DNA of 64,000 bases from Acidobacteriia bacterium AH_259_A11_L15 (GTDB lineage Bacteria; Acidobacteriota; Terriglobia; Acidiferrales; 2-02-FULL-67-57), in contig JALLOH010000002.1 of NCBI GenBank assembly GCA_027717655.1, positions 3,474 to 67,473 of the forward strand, written 5' to 3'. Every line of letters starts with the position of its first letter. The stretch's first letter is position 1. Positions 63,934 through 64,000 of this stretch are shown one piece after another. The notes under the pieces are model-generated. The model did no database searches, was not told the origin of the DNA, and saw nothing but the letters and a program-made list of their open reading frames with translations. The translations under genes were made by a program, and so were the position numbers.

Positions 63934-64000
63934 GGCCGCGCGCGGCTACCCAGTCGCGGGCGCCTCTGCTACACTCGCCGCTTCCCTATGAAAGTTCTCT

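Overview
High-GC bacterial chromosomal segment (roughly 65-70% G+C by eye). It is most likely Acidobacteriota: it has tandem VWFA-related acidobacterial-type secreted proteins, futalosine-type menaquinone genes and very dense short palindromic repeat families. I can support about 60 protein genes. These cover glycolysis (pyk, gpmI, eno), purine synthesis (purB, purH), translation (rpsU, efp, thrS-infC-rpmI-rplT-pheS-pheT), cell division (zapA plus a coiled-coil partner) and selA. They also cover a quinone/prenyl block (larB, ubiX, a UbiA-type prenyltransferase, an MqnC/E-type radical SAM), a membrane PDZ/GAF/PP2C phosphatase with a stand-alone receiver, a GT87-like/GT2 glycosyltransferase pair, four MBL-fold hydrolases, and a permease/kynureninase-like/B12-radical-SAM operon. 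Six observations stand out. (1) An AhpD/CMD-family gene is split in the ORF track by an in-frame TGA at the second Cys of the CxxC motif and is followed by a SECIS-like hairpin. It is probably an unannotated selenoprotein, which fits selA being in the window. (2) Two AT-richer islets (about 20.6-23.3 kb and 53.1-54.3 kb) each pair a nuclease-fold protein (GIY-YIG+helical repeats; PD-(D/E)xK-like) with a small 3-TM protein. The first also carries a decayed DUF433/DUF5615 toxin-antitoxin pair. These islets are my best candidates for an undescribed defence-type system. (3) The second islet is bordered by a 'ghost' 3' end of a diverged MBL hydrolase gene. (4) A REP-associated tyrosine transposase sits between eno and gpmI, flanked by inverted REP hairpins. 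Three of these lie in a 51-bp tandem array that is translated as its N-terminus. (5) At least five dispersed palindromic repeat families are present, and one copy is inserted in frame inside purH. (6) A 6S-RNA-like locus lies downstream of zapA. No rRNA, tRNA or CRISPR array was found. All homology calls come from motif recognition by eye, because no searches could be run.
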